Part shown: one piece after another, positions 41,080-51,693 of the stretch
How the letters are laid out: each line of letters begins with the position of its first letter
Position numbering within the stretch: the first letter of the stretch is position 1
From: an uncultured Pseudobdellovibrionaceae bacterium
GTDB lineage: Bacteria; Bdellovibrionota; Bdellovibrionia; Bdellovibrionales; UBA1609
Direction: 5' to 3'
Assembly: GCA_963803705.1 (NCBI GenBank)
Contig: CAWDNU010000001.1
Location: 288,001 to 352,000, forward strand
Length of the DNA stretch: 64,000 bases
Position numbers and translations under genes: made by a program
The notes under the pieces: model-generated
What the model was told of the DNA's origin: nothing
Seen by the model: only the letters and a program-made list of their open reading frames with translations
Databases searched by the model: none

Positions 41080-42228
41080 CTACAGGCATTCATCTAAAGT
41101 TCGAGCCCGATCAAGGGTTCCAACCAAGCCTTCTTCCGATGATGAACATAAGCTTGAGGTGAAGAACAAATTTGGTATCGCTTTCAAAAAACCATTTTCT
41201 GTAAATTTTAAATCTAGTTGACCGTAAGAGCTTTCACTTAAAATTATTTTCTCTTTAAGCTCTGGGAATTCTAGAAGTTCTGGAAAAGCGCGTTTTATCT
41301 GCTTTTTCATATTTTTAATCACTTTGCTAACGAACTCGTGATCTAAGCTTTTTTCTGTATCTATCAAAGTCATCCAGCAAGAATGATCCTTTGATATAAA
41401 GCCAACTAATGGTTCAAAATCTTGATTAGAGCCGTAAAGGCAAAAAACAGAATCCATATTTAATTGGCCAAAGTCATAGTCTTCATGAGCTAAATTTAAT
41501 AGAATAGAATCAAAAACACCACTTCGTTTTTTTAACTTTTTTGTTTCTGAAAATCCAAGTGCTTCTGCAGAAGTAGCGTCTAATATTTTATGAGGTGAGA
41601 CAGTCCAAATAATGTGTTCAAATGAAACATCTGTTTTGCCGTTTATCTCGGCTGAAATAGCTTTGCCTCCAGCCATTGTGGTGCGTTTAAAGGCTTCTTT
41701 AGCTGGATTTTTTTGCTCACTAATTGATTCATTTTTTTCTAAGTTTATCTTTGTGATCTCGGAATTCAAAATAAATCTGTCCTCAGGTAACTCTTCAGTT
41801 AACTTAGAGATCCAATTCTGAGGCAGAGAGGATATTTTTATTTTCTCATTTTCAAAACAAAATTTATTAAGTTGGAATAACGAAAGAGGGGCGCGGTCAC
41901 CGAATCCATTAAAATCCTTAAAGCTGCCGTCTTGAAAATGTTTAGCAGAAGTTTGGAACATGCCTGACAAAATATCTTGTTCTAAAACTTTTTCTAACCA
42001 CGAAAAATAAACCAGGTTTGGTTCAGTGTGTGAATAAAGATTTAAATTAGACGGAATCAAATGATCGTTAGCTGACCAACCAGATAACCTGCCACCCAAG
42101 TGTTCTGAGGGTTCGATTATTAAATAAGACTTCCCTTTTTTTTCTAAAATTTTTGCTGCTAACAGACCAGAAAGGCCTCCACCAAAAATTAAAGCATCAT
42201 AAGAATTTTTTAATTTTGCTGTCTTCAT
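41080..42228 (-). CDS. FAD/NAD(P)-binding oxidoreductase-like protein
   Basis: YDALIFGGGLSGLLAA...E....LGGR Rossmann motif. Confidence 0.72.
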   Translation of the reverse strand: MKTAKLKNSYDALIFGGGLSGLLAAKILEKKGKSYLIIEPSEHLGGRLSGWSANDHLIPSNLNLYSHTEPNLVYFSWLEKVLEQDILSGMFQTSAKHFQDGSFKDFNGFGDRAPLSLFQLNKFCFENEKIKISSLPQNWISKLTEELPEDRFILNSEITKINLEKNESISEQKNPAKEAFKRTTMAGGKAISAEINGKTDVSFEHIIWTVSPHKILDATSAEALGFSETKKLKKRSGVFDSILLNLAHEDYDFGQLNMDSVFCLYGSNQDFEPLVGFISKDHSCWMTLIDTEKSLDHEFVSKVIKNMKKQIKRAFPELLEFPELKEKIILSESSYGQLDLKFTENGFLKAIPNLFFTSSLCSSSEEGLVGTLDRARTLDECL

Positions 42229-42258
42229 TTCCTGGCTACTCCTAAGAATTTATTTAAA

Positions 42259-44274
42259 TTAAAGCATATTAATTGGGTCTACGTCCAAAGATATCTTAGT
42301 TTTAGATGGAAGACCTTCAAGGCTATGAGTTAGCTGTCGATAAAAATTTTGGATCAAAACATTTTCTGAAGATTTAAATAAAAATAAGCTTCTAAACTGG
42401 TTTTTAATTTTTTGTATAGGGGCTGGCACAGGTCCTAAAATTTCTAAATTTTTGTACTCTTTAATACTATTTTTTAATTGATCAGATTTTTGAGTTACCC
42501 ATTTGCAGCCTAATTCTACATTACGCTGATCGGGCGACTGCACTCTTAGACTGGCTAATCTTGAAAATGGAGGATAATTAAAAACTTGGCGCTCTTCAAG
42601 TTCCTCATCTGCAAAAGATTTGTAATCGTGAGCTATTGCATGTTTAAAAACAGAGTGTCCTGGGTTGTAAGTTTGTATTAGAACTTCTCCTTTTAAGCCC
42701 TTACGGCGGCCTGCCCTTCCACTGACTTGGGATACAAGTTGGAATACACGCTCGTTAGATCTAAAGTCCGGAATGTTAAGACCGACGTCAGCTAATAAAA
42801 TTCCCACAAAAGAAAGCTTAGGAAAGTCTAAACCTTTCGCTATCATCTGAGTTCCAATTAATATTTGTGCTTTCTCGGATTCAACCATGTCTATAAAATC
42901 TTGCATCTGCTGCCTACTGTCGATGGTATCACGATCAGCGCGTACTATAGTTTTATCAGGAAAGTTATATTGGACCACTTCTTCTACCTTCTCAGTTCCT
43001 AAGCCGAGCGCAAAAAGCTTTTCAGAGCCGCAGTCAGGGCATTTTATTTTTAATTTCTCGTGGTAGCCGCAGTAGTGGCACACGCAATCAGTTTTATAGT
43101 GCAGTGTAAGAGTAATGTCGCAATTAGGGCATTTAATCTGATGGGCACAATCAACACACTGAATAGTTTGGGCAATGCCCCGGCGGTTTAAAAAAAGAGC
43201 TACTTGTTGATTTTTATCCAGATGCTCTTTGATTTTAAGGTGCAACTCTTTGGTATACCAAAAGGGCTGATCTAAATAAGCAGCTGTTTCTTTTAAATTC
43301 AATAGGCTAATTATAGGTGGATTTTGTTCAAACACCCGGTTTTTCAAAACATGCAATTGAAATTTTTTGCTCATGGCTTTGTTCCAACTTTCAAGCGATG
43401 GGGTGGCTGAGCCTAAAATAATGGGGCAGTTCCAAATATGAGCAAGCATAGTTGCAGAGTCACGGCCATGATACTTAAATTTTTCATCTTGTTTAAAACT
43501 TGAATCGTGCTCTTCATCTAGAACAATAATCCCTAGATTTTTAAAATTACTAAATAGCGCCGATCTAGCACCAATTAAGATTGGTTTTTTTTCCAATGAA
43601 ATATCGTACCAAGATTCAGTTCTTTTTCTAGGTGTGACTTGCGAATGTATAACTGCAATTTTGTCTTCGCCAAATCTTTGTTTAAATCTTTGTTCAAGCT
43701 GTGGGGTCAATGATATTTCGGGTACTAAAACTAAAGCTTGTTTTTTTTCTGAAATAACTTTTCTAATGAGCTGCAAATAAATTTCTGTTTTTCCTGAACC
43801 GGTAACTCCATGAATCAAATGAGTTTTAAAACTGTCTAGCTCTTTTGAGATGTCTTCATATACTTTTTTTTGCTCGGAAGATAAAACTAAATCATCTTGT
43901 AATTTTATTTTAGGCTCTTTTTTTTTCTTCTCTTTGTATTTCAAAGGAGGAAAGAACAAATTTAAAACCTGCCCGATAGGATGACAATAGTAAGTGCTTA
44001 ACCACTTTGCCCATTTCAAATTTTCAGGACTTAGGTGGCTTTTGAATTCGTCGAAATGCTCAACGGGTTTTGTTTTATAGTTAATAGGTTTATCTACTGA
44101 GTTAAGCACAATGCCATTTATTTTTCTTCCAGAAAATGGGGCTTGGATAAAAGATCCTGGTGGTAGCGGTTTGATTGAATGATAGTTAAAGGTTTTATTT
44201 AGTGGTACATTTACCCCGATTTCGTAGCTGTAGTTTTCAGTCGAAGTTTGCTTCAAAATAAGATTTTCTTGCAC
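42259..44274 (-). CDS. priA: Replication restart helicase PriA
   Basis: GVTGSGKTEIY, DEEHD, SATPS, LNRRG, Cys zinc fingers, QVSGRAGR. Confidence 0.97.
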   Translation of the reverse strand: MQENLILKQTSTENYSYEIGVNVPLNKTFNYHSIKPLPPGSFIQAPFSGRKINGIVLNSVDKPINYKTKPVEHFDEFKSHLSPENLKWAKWLSTYYCHPIGQVLNLFFPPLKYKEKKKKEPKIKLQDDLVLSSEQKKVYEDISKELDSFKTHLIHGVTGSGKTEIYLQLIRKVISEKKQALVLVPEISLTPQLEQRFKQRFGEDKIAVIHSQVTPRKRTESWYDISLEKKPILIGARSALFSNFKNLGIIVLDEEHDSSFKQDEKFKYHGRDSATMLAHIWNCPIILGSATPSLESWNKAMSKKFQLHVLKNRVFEQNPPIISLLNLKETAAYLDQPFWYTKELHLKIKEHLDKNQQVALFLNRRGIAQTIQCVDCAHQIKCPNCDITLTLHYKTDCVCHYCGYHEKLKIKCPDCGSEKLFALGLGTEKVEEVVQYNFPDKTIVRADRDTIDSRQQMQDFIDMVESEKAQILIGTQMIAKGLDFPKLSFVGILLADVGLNIPDFRSNERVFQLVSQVSGRAGRRKGLKGEVLIQTYNPGHSVFKHAIAHDYKSFADEELEERQVFNYPPFSRLASLRVQSPDQRNVELGCKWVTQKSDQLKNSIKEYKNLEILGPVPAPIQKIKNQFRSLFLFKSSENVLIQNFYRQLTHSLEGLPSKTKISLDVDPINML

Positions 44275-44379
44275 TTTTCACCCAACTTTGACTGTTATTT
44301 ATCATTTCACGAGATATATCACAATTTTAGTCTAGTTGTTCCTCTATTGAAACCCCGTTTTATCCGATAAAATACTGTC

Positions 44380-45738
44380 ATGATTATAAACAGCAAAGCT
44401 ATGGTAAAACGCATTAAATCAGCCCTCAGCCTAATTTTAGGACTTGCAGTGGTTCTGCTATTTCAACATTGTTCTGATTTAGATAATTCCAACGTTGTTA
44501 GTTTAACTGATGTAGAGCGAGACGTTTTAACTAACCTTCCTTTTGCTTTTAATTTAAAAATCGATCAGATGGCTTACATGTCATGTTCGGGTGAAGATGC
44601 ACGTCAAGATTCTAGAAGCTTTACAATTAAAGCTGGGGGTTATTTTCCAGGTTCAGGAGTAGGCCTTCGCACTAATTATACGGCTGCGATTAGCGGGTTT
44701 AATGCTGATACAAAAGTCAGATCTATAGCTATAAGCGAAAGAAATGACCAAGCTGGGGCGATTATGAGTATTCGTCCCAGAAGTGACCTACAAAATTATG
44801 TGGATCCATCGAGGGCTACAGGGGAGATACCCCTTGCTCAACTGATGTTTAGAGAACCCCAAGGCTTAGTTTTAAGTAACGAAAGAGTAGCTAAGCAACT
44901 TATGGCTTTAGGGCCAAACAGTTACCTGAATTATGCGGCTGGTCTGCCAGGTTTATTTAATAAATCTTTTGACGGCACCCTTAGGATAGCCAATAATTTG
45001 GGTACTGAAGACACTATCAGAAATATTTTAAGAAATTCACATTATGTAGCTTTTAACTTTGCAGAACCTTTAGGGGATCAGCCACCAGATCGTCCTTACT
45101 CTTTCGTAAGGTCACCGTATGACACCCTGACTGGCGATTCTAGGGCTTCAACTTCTGTTTATGGACTTGGCTATGTTCTAAATTTTCAGCAATTAGACCC
45201 TTTTATGACAACCACTCCGTCAAGAGTCATGACGGTCTCTAGTGTTATAAACTTAGAAAACAGCTCTAGCGAACCCGAAAATTGGGACTGTAGTGAACGT
45301 TTTGTTGTTGTTCGTCCTGAAGACGCTGCGAGAATCACATTCAATTCTGGGCAGCCCGGCGGAGCTCAACAAGTGTGTGATACAAGGCCAGACGCAGTTC
45401 CAAACAGTTTTGAAGAACAAAGACGATGGGAAAGAATAAGAAATATCCTTCCTGTGGAAGATTGGTATGTAAATTTGCCGTGTCCCGCTGCTGGCCCCCA
45501 GCCCGCGGGTTGTATCACTGGTGTTGCGAAGCCAGGTTGTATAGTTTCGAAAAGTAATGACTTTTGCTACGATGAAAACGAGTTGAATCCCGACAATAAT
45601 GAATTTGTACGGGTAGCTTATTACCGTAATGAAAATTTAGACAGAACAACTGCTCCAATTTTTACCTATGATGGCAGGTGTGGTCCTGGCACTTTCTTTA
45701 TGTGCCCACATGTTTTGACGATTTGTCGAAAATTATAA
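44380..45738 (+). CDS. Hypothetical lipoprotein with Cys-rich C-terminus
   Basis: Hydrophobic leader ending LFQHC; DQMAYMSC; many Cys in the C-terminal third. Confidence 0.72.
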   Translation: MIINSKAMVKRIKSALSLILGLAVVLLFQHCSDLDNSNVVSLTDVERDVLTNLPFAFNLKIDQMAYMSCSGEDARQDSRSFTIKAGGYFPGSGVGLRTNYTAAISGFNADTKVRSIAISERNDQAGAIMSIRPRSDLQNYVDPSRATGEIPLAQLMFREPQGLVLSNERVAKQLMALGPNSYLNYAAGLPGLFNKSFDGTLRIANNLGTEDTIRNILRNSHYVAFNFAEPLGDQPPDRPYSFVRSPYDTLTGDSRASTSVYGLGYVLNFQQLDPFMTTTPSRVMTVSSVINLENSSSEPENWDCSERFVVVRPEDAARITFNSGQPGGAQQVCDTRPDAVPNSFEEQRRWERIRNILPVEDWYVNLPCPAAGPQPAGCITGVAKPGCIVSKSNDFCYDENELNPDNNEFVRVAYYRNENLDRTTAPIFTYDGRCGPGTFFMCPHVLTICRKL

Positions 45739-45853
45739 ATCCAATTTACAAGGCTAAAATAAACACTACTCAGATTTTATAGAGATTTTGAACTACTTTT
45801 CAATTTGGTGTTAAGACTGCACTTAGTATTTATTTTTCTGCTAATGTAAACCG

Positions 45854-46777
45854 ATGTTTAAGTATACCCAAGCCTTATGCTTTATTGAAATCATCCTAAT
45901 GGCCATAGCAGCAAGCCCAGTTCAGTCTTTTGCTTTTGACTCGGTCATAAACTCGTCTAGATACAAATCGATCGCAGGTGCTGGAATTGCCGCCACTACA
46001 AAAATTGGCATGGAAGATTTTGGTTTGGTCAATCCAGCAATTTTATCTACAAATTCTGAATTAGTCTTTTCTGCAGGTTATACCAAAGGCAAATCACAAG
46101 ATAACGAAGTGTCAGGCTTTGGTCTTTCAATTTTAGACAGTGTGAGTGGTGCTTGGGATTCAGAACAATCAGAGCTGCTACCTTTAGCGGGTTTTCCGCT
46201 AGCGTCCGTTTTATACTATACGAATTTAAACTTTGACCAATTTCAAGATCAATATTTTCAGTTGGGAATATCGCAACCGGTAAGTTCCAATATGTCTTTT
46301 GGAATTACGGTAAATTACTCGATCCTAAAATCAAACAGCTTAAACGTTAAAGACAACACACTAGATTTCGGAGCTGGTTTTTTATGGAGGGTTTTGGACA
46401 GGTGGTCCTTAGGATTGACCGCTTTAAATATCTTTGACCGCAGAAACGAACTTATTCCAGGATATTTAAGAAGAACACTGGGAACTGGGGTAGAGTTTTC
46501 TGCTAGCAAATTTGTAAAAATCCGGGGGGACTTCTTGCAAGTGCGTGACGCAGAAGATGAAACGCAAAGTATAATTCGAGTTGGAGTATCGAATCAAATC
46601 ACAGAGAGCTTTATTTTACAGTTTGGATTTGCTGATGATAATAACCTTAAAACCAAAGTGTTGGCTTTGGGCTTTATTTTAGCAGGGCCCAAGCTTTCGC
46701 TCAGCTACTCTGTAAATCGTGAGACATCATTTAACAACATACTACACAGCGTTGACATCCGAGTGCCTGTTTGGTAG
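45854..46777 (+). CDS. Probable outer membrane beta-barrel protein
   Basis: Signal peptide, NPA motif, amphipathic strands (LDFGAGFLW, LGTGVEF), terminal Trp. Confidence 0.6.
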   Translation: MFKYTQALCFIEIILMAIAASPVQSFAFDSVINSSRYKSIAGAGIAATTKIGMEDFGLVNPAILSTNSELVFSAGYTKGKSQDNEVSGFGLSILDSVSGAWDSEQSELLPLAGFPLASVLYYTNLNFDQFQDQYFQLGISQPVSSNMSFGITVNYSILKSNSLNVKDNTLDFGAGFLWRVLDRWSLGLTALNIFDRRNELIPGYLRRTLGTGVEFSASKFVKIRGDFLQVRDAEDETQSIIRVGVSNQITESFILQFGFADDNNLKTKVLALGFILAGPKLSLSYSVNRETSFNNILHSVDIRVPVW

Positions 46778-46816
46778 CTAATTAGCTTTCAGTGTCTAAA
46801 CAATTTCGAGGATTTT

Positions 46817-46951
46817 ATGGCTTCACCTACTAAAAAAACTAAAGCAATTCGCAGAAATAAGAAAACCAACGAAGGTAAAGTCAGAAAAACTAAAAATCGT
46901 AATAAGGGGAACACTCCTAGCCGTAAAGAGCTTTTCGGCGACGATAATTAG
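46817..46951 (+). CDS. 44-aa highly basic small protein
   Basis: GAGG RBS, ATG 46817; MASPTKKTKAIRRNKKTNEGKVRKTKNRNKGNTPSRKELFGDDN*; followed by a hairpin. Confidence 0.75.
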   Translation: MASPTKKTKAIRRNKKTNEGKVRKTKNRNKGNTPSRKELFGDDN

Positions 46952-46976
46952 CGCAAATTCATGAATTTGCGCTAAT
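46947..46976. terminator. Perfect 30-bp palindrome between convergent genes
   Basis: ATTAGCGCAAATTCATGAATTTGCGCTAAT. Confidence 0.6.
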
Positions 46977-47000
46977 CAGGCTTACGCACCTTTTTGTTGT

Positions 47001-47834
47001 TTACAGTTTAAAAGCAATTTTGATAGAAGCTCTTTCGATGCCGTCGAATGTGGCGATTTCGGCACCTAATCTTAGTGCTGGTAACTTAAAGAGCACCCCA
47101 GTGTAAACCCGCAAACCTGCAGTCTTTGAAGATTGGTTAATGTCAGATATGATTAGTGAACCAGTAGAACTCCCAGTTGCATAAACGTCGCCACTCGACT
47201 GCAAGTCAGAAGCGCCAAAATAGGGTTCAAAAAATTTGAAAGCGAATCCGACAGCTACACCAACTTCAAAAATTTCGACATCAAAATCAGCACTTTCTGT
47301 GACGGTCCCCGCGATAAGGTTGCCAGTATCTTCTTCGTAGGTGTAAGTGGCATCAGCGGTCATGTATGATGTTCTTAGTATAACCTTCAATCGATCCATT
47401 GGAAATATATCAGTTATAGTCCACCGAGCTCCAATATTAAAACTCTGAAAACTGCCTTCATCTTCTATATTAACTTTTGGAATAAATGTCCCCTCAATTC
47501 CCAGCCCAAAAGGCAGTGAAACAATTCCGCTTATTCCGGCCATGGGTATGAATGGAACTTCAAAATCAGAATTATAACTTTCAACCACCTCTTGGGTGTT
47601 TGGGGCTTGTGAGGCAGTGAGCACCAAACCTAATTCGACTCCAAAAACATTACCTAGTGAGTTTGCTCCGGAAACCGTAGTGGGTGCAAAGGCTGAAGTT
47701 AGGTCTTTAAAAATTTTGTCTGCATCCTGTTGATCAAAGCAGGTAAAAGTTTGTCCCTGTACACATTGGCCAAAAGCTATATCAGTGAAAGAAGTAAAAC
47801 TAAAAAACAGAATTAGTAATCGAATTTTTTTCAT
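47001..47834 (-). CDS. Exported, probable outer membrane beta-barrel protein
   Basis: Signal peptide; GVELGL, LPFGLGIE, FEPYFGA, terminal strand IKIAFKL. Confidence 0.6.
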   Translation of the reverse strand: MKKIRLLILFFSFTSFTDIAFGQCVQGQTFTCFDQQDADKIFKDLTSAFAPTTVSGANSLGNVFGVELGLVLTASQAPNTQEVVESYNSDFEVPFIPMAGISGIVSLPFGLGIEGTFIPKVNIEDEGSFQSFNIGARWTITDIFPMDRLKVILRTSYMTADATYTYEEDTGNLIAGTVTESADFDVEIFEVGVAVGFAFKFFEPYFGASDLQSSGDVYATGSSTGSLIISDINQSSKTAGLRVYTGVLFKLPALRLGAEIATFDGIERASIKIAFKL

Positions 47835-47848
47835 TTTAGCTCCAGAAT

Positions 47849-48919
47849 TTATTTAAAGTTTCGTAGATTTTCAGCTAAATCTTTATGTTCGCTGCAACCA
47901 ATAACTTCAAAGCCGGGCGGATTCCAAGATTCAGAAAATTTCTTTTTAAGATTATCAATTTTTTGAAAAGTAGAATTGATTCTATCTGGATCTAGCTGAC
48001 CCAAACGATCTTGCATGGACTTCATAGCTGCAACGTAAGACTTGGGCTCGTTGCAAAAAAGAAAAATATCAGCCCCTGCTTCGAATGCCATGTAGGTTAA
48101 TTCAGAAGCTGAATGATTTTTGCTAAGCGCTTTCATATCTAAATCATCTGTCATAATTAGATGTTTGTACCCAAGTTCGCCGCGCAGGTAATAATCTAAA
48201 AACTTTTTTGATAAAGTCACTGGATTTTCAGGATCGATCTTTTCAAAAAGAATGTGTCCAGTCATCAAAAACTCAACTTTTGTTTTAAAAACTTTTTTGT
48301 AAGCCGAGGCCTCTGTCTGATAAAGTTGTTCCCAAGTTCGATCGTCAACGGGAAGGTCCTCGTGACTATCAATAGAAGTGTAGCCATGTCCTGGGAAATG
48401 CTTTACACAAGTCATAACTCCGGCTTTCTTAAAACCACGAACTAATCCCGAGGCAATTTTAGCTACGTGATCAGGATTCGATCCGAAAGATCTATCTCCA
48501 ATGATTTCGTTATCAGAATTAATTAGAACATCTAAACACGGGGTATAATCTAGGTTTATTCCAACAGCGGCAAGTTCACTGGCTATAGCTTTACCCACAT
48601 CGAATGCCAGCTGAGGTGAATCACTTAGACCTAATTTTTGCATCGCAGGCCAGATAGTAAATGGATCTTTAAGTCGATGGACTCGGCCACCTTCCATGTC
48701 GATTCCTATAACGAACGGCAGTCGAGAGTTTGTGTGTTTCGAGAGCTCTTGTATTTGACCTGTCAAATTTGCAATTTGATCGGGGCTTTGGACATTTCTG
48801 CCAAAAAGTGTAACCCCACCAATATCGTTCTCCACGATAAAATCTTTTTCTTCGGAAGTTAAAGTATGACCGCTTAGCCCGATATAAAACATTTGTCCAA
48901 GTTGTGATTTTAAATTCAT
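47849..48919 (-). CDS. nagZ: Beta-N-acetylhexosaminidase (GH3)
   Basis: IDMEGGRVHRL, IGDRSFG, KHFPGHG...DSH, MTDDLDMKA. Confidence 0.93.
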   Translation of the reverse strand: MNLKSQLGQMFYIGLSGHTLTSEEKDFIVENDIGGVTLFGRNVQSPDQIANLTGQIQELSKHTNSRLPFVIGIDMEGGRVHRLKDPFTIWPAMQKLGLSDSPQLAFDVGKAIASELAAVGINLDYTPCLDVLINSDNEIIGDRSFGSNPDHVAKIASGLVRGFKKAGVMTCVKHFPGHGYTSIDSHEDLPVDDRTWEQLYQTEASAYKKVFKTKVEFLMTGHILFEKIDPENPVTLSKKFLDYYLRGELGYKHLIMTDDLDMKALSKNHSASELTYMAFEAGADIFLFCNEPKSYVAAMKSMQDRLGQLDPDRINSTFQKIDNLKKKFSESWNPPGFEVIGCSEHKDLAENLRNFK

Positions 48920-48974
48920 TTTAATCCTAGTTTTTAGTTAGAAGTTTTCGAAGAGTTATATTTTCACCCTAAAT

Positions 48975-49793
48975 TTAGTTTAAATTTCTACTTTTCGGAT
49001 CTAAAATTTCTCTTAAGCCATCGCCAAGCAAATTAAAACCTAAAACCAAAAGTAAAATGGCAAGCCCTGGAAAGATGCTTATGTGTGGGGCCTCCACCAA
49101 GTAGTACCTACCGGAATTTAAGAGCATACCCCAAGTGGGTGTCGTCGGAGGAGCACCTAATCCTAAGAAACTAAGACCTGATTCGATGATAAGAGTACCT
49201 GCCATCGCAAAAGTACATTGAACAGTCATTACTCCGATTAGATTTGGCCAAATATGGACAGAGACCACACGTATAGAGTTATTACCAACAGCTTTAGCTG
49301 ATTGAACATAGTCTTTTTCTTTTAGGTGTAAGATTTCAGCTCGCACCAATCTGGCTACACCTGCCCAACCAGTAATTGACATTGCAAATATCAAATTTTT
49401 AACTGACGGACCCAAAGTAGCTACAAGTGCAAGCGCCAACAAAAATCCTGGGAAGGCATAAATCATGTCAATAAATCGCATGATCAAAAAATCTATTCGT
49501 CCACCAAAGTATCCGGCTAAAGAGCCCACAATTAAACCTATGAACGTTGTAATGCTAACGACACTGATAGCAACAGTAAGACTGACCCTAGAGCCCCAGA
49601 ACACCAGGGTCATAACATCAGCACCATTTTCATCTCTACCAAATAGGGAAGATACGCTGGGTGTTTCGTAGCGTCTTTCAAAATTATAATCTTTATAAGA
49701 TGGAAGAGGCAGAAAAGGAGTCGCAAGTGCAACTAAAATATTCAGCAGTACAATCGATCCACCAACTGCTAAAAAAAAGTTTATTTTTTTCAT
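48975..49793 (-). CDS. Oligopeptide ABC transporter permease (DppC/OppC-like)
   Basis: FGRDENGAD, EKDYVQSAKAVG, ESGLSFLGLG, GFNLLGDGLR. Confidence 0.92.
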   Translation of the reverse strand: MKKINFFLAVGGSIVLLNILVALATPFLPLPSYKDYNFERRYETPSVSSLFGRDENGADVMTLVFWGSRVSLTVAISVVSITTFIGLIVGSLAGYFGGRIDFLIMRFIDMIYAFPGFLLALALVATLGPSVKNLIFAMSITGWAGVARLVRAEILHLKEKDYVQSAKAVGNNSIRVVSVHIWPNLIGVMTVQCTFAMAGTLIIESGLSFLGLGAPPTTPTWGMLLNSGRYYLVEAPHISIFPGLAILLLVLGFNLLGDGLREILDPKSRNLN

Positions 49794-50710
49794 GATACTC
49801 TCATTTTTGGCTGCGCAAATATATAAGCTATATCAGTTATGAAATTAATAGAAACATAGATTAGTGAGACTACTAAAACTGAACCCTGCACCACGGGATA
49901 GTCACGACGTTGAATAGCGTCAAATAAAAGAGTTCCTAAGCCAGGCCAATCAAAAATCGTTTCTGTGATTACGGTTCCAGTTAAGATAGCTCCGAACTGT
50001 AGCCCAACAATAGTAATAATAGGAATTAGTGCGTTTCTTAGAGCATGCACGTAAAAGACTTTGAAGGAATTTAAACCCTTAGCTTTTGCAACTCTTATAT
50101 AATCTTCAAATAATACATCTAGCATTGATGCACGAGTCATCCTTAAAAGAACTGCACCTAATGGCAAACCAAGGCTAAGAGCTGGAAGTACTAAGTTTGA
50201 TAACCCACCCCTTTCACCAACAGGAAACCAACCTAACAAAATTGCGAAAAAGTATATAAGCAGTGGCCCTAAAAAAAAACCAGGAAAAGACATACCAATT
50301 AAACCAAAGCTTACAAGAGCTCGATCAAAAAAAGTGTAGCGCTTAACGGCGGCTAAAACACCCAAAGGAATTCCGAAAAAGATAGCTAAGAACATTGAAG
50401 CAGCTGCCAATTCGAAGGTTGCGCCGATACGGCTAAAGATTAAATTTGATACCGAACGTTTTGAAAATAAAGATTCTCCGAAGTCACCGCGAATTGTATT
50501 CGATAAAAAGGAACTGTACTGGGTTAAAATATTTCGATCTAAACCCAACTTAGCCCGCATTTCAATTTTGTCTAGTGGGTTTGCAAGATCACCCAAGATC
50601 AAATCAACTGGGTCTCCAGGAATTAAATGTATCATAAAAAAGGTGATAGTTAGTACACCGAAAGCGACCGGGATAGTAAGTAAAAATCTTTTTAAAAATG
50701 CTGACAACAT
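49790..50710 (-). CDS. Oligopeptide ABC transporter permease (DppB/OppB-like)
   Basis: IPGDPV, EDYIRVAKAKG, HALRNALIP, ETIFDWPGLG, RDYPVVQG. Confidence 0.92.
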   Translation of the reverse strand: MLSAFLKRFLLTIPVAFGVLTITFFMIHLIPGDPVDLILGDLANPLDKIEMRAKLGLDRNILTQYSSFLSNTIRGDFGESLFSKRSVSNLIFSRIGATFELAAASMFLAIFFGIPLGVLAAVKRYTFFDRALVSFGLIGMSFPGFFLGPLLIYFFAILLGWFPVGERGGLSNLVLPALSLGLPLGAVLLRMTRASMLDVLFEDYIRVAKAKGLNSFKVFYVHALRNALIPIITIVGLQFGAILTGTVITETIFDWPGLGTLLFDAIQRRDYPVVQGSVLVVSLIYVSINFITDIAYIFAQPKMRVS

Positions 50711-51560
50711 TTCTTTATTTTTTCTTTATCTTTGAAAGAAAACAAGGATTTAAATGAATTGTAACTTAATGCTGAATTTAAATGGGTGAGTACAGAATTT
50801 GATGTGCAAGATCTAATTTTCAAATTTTTTGTTAAATCATGACTACTAATCAGAGCACCCTCTGATGAGTGTACAGTTTCGAATCTGTTGCCTCCAACTG
50901 AATGAATTAGCGTAAGGTGGTCGGATTGTCCCTTAAATTTTGTTGACAGCTGCTGGACCTTTCCCTCGGTTTCCGAAAAGATTTGAAACAACAATTCCTC
51001 TTTTGGGTTTATCTCTGTGATCTTTTTTTTAAAAAATAAAAGATCGGTAAAGTGTTGATACAAAACTAGGCCTTTATCTGACTCGGTGGTAGATTTTGAT
51101 TTTGCGCCCTTATCATTTCTAGAAATTACAATAACGTCATTTTTTGCCTGGAAAGAAGCAGTTGATGATTCAATAAGTCTATTTGCAGAATAGATCTCAA
51201 AGCTGGATTTTAATGGATTATAATATTGATCACTTTCAGATTTAACAATCTGTGCGAAAGGTGAATCTTCATCTGCTTGCTTTCCACTTATCTTTTTAGG
51301 TGTAACAAGAGTAAATGATGTAGTTGAGTGAATGTTATTCGTAAAACTTCTTAGCCCAAGGACGTAACCCATTATTTTTTGACCCGAATAAATCTCCAGG
51401 CAAGATCCAGAGCTACTTGATGATGATTCTACTAAAGCAAAGGACTTTCCTGAGTATGAGGAAAGTACAATAAGGGTTGCCAGGCAAATAGTTGTTTTGA
51501 GATTGGTCAGCAAGGCAAATTTTTTATGCAACTGACCAAGGGTCACAGCTTGACCTAGTA
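50692..51560 (-). CDS. Hypothetical exported protein (start uncertain)
   Basis: Long ORF overlapping the permease start; signal-like TTICLATLIVLSSYSGKSFA suggests a start near 51510-51560. Confidence 0.55.
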
Positions 51561-51693
51561 TTCGCTTATGTTTTTGTTTTAAGCTAAATAAAAACAGTTG
51601 GCTCCCCTTTGGTCGTGGTTTTACTAGAGTTTTAATGATAAACTGTGCTAAAGCCCTAGTAACGAATGCACCTACATCCGATATAATTTTAAA

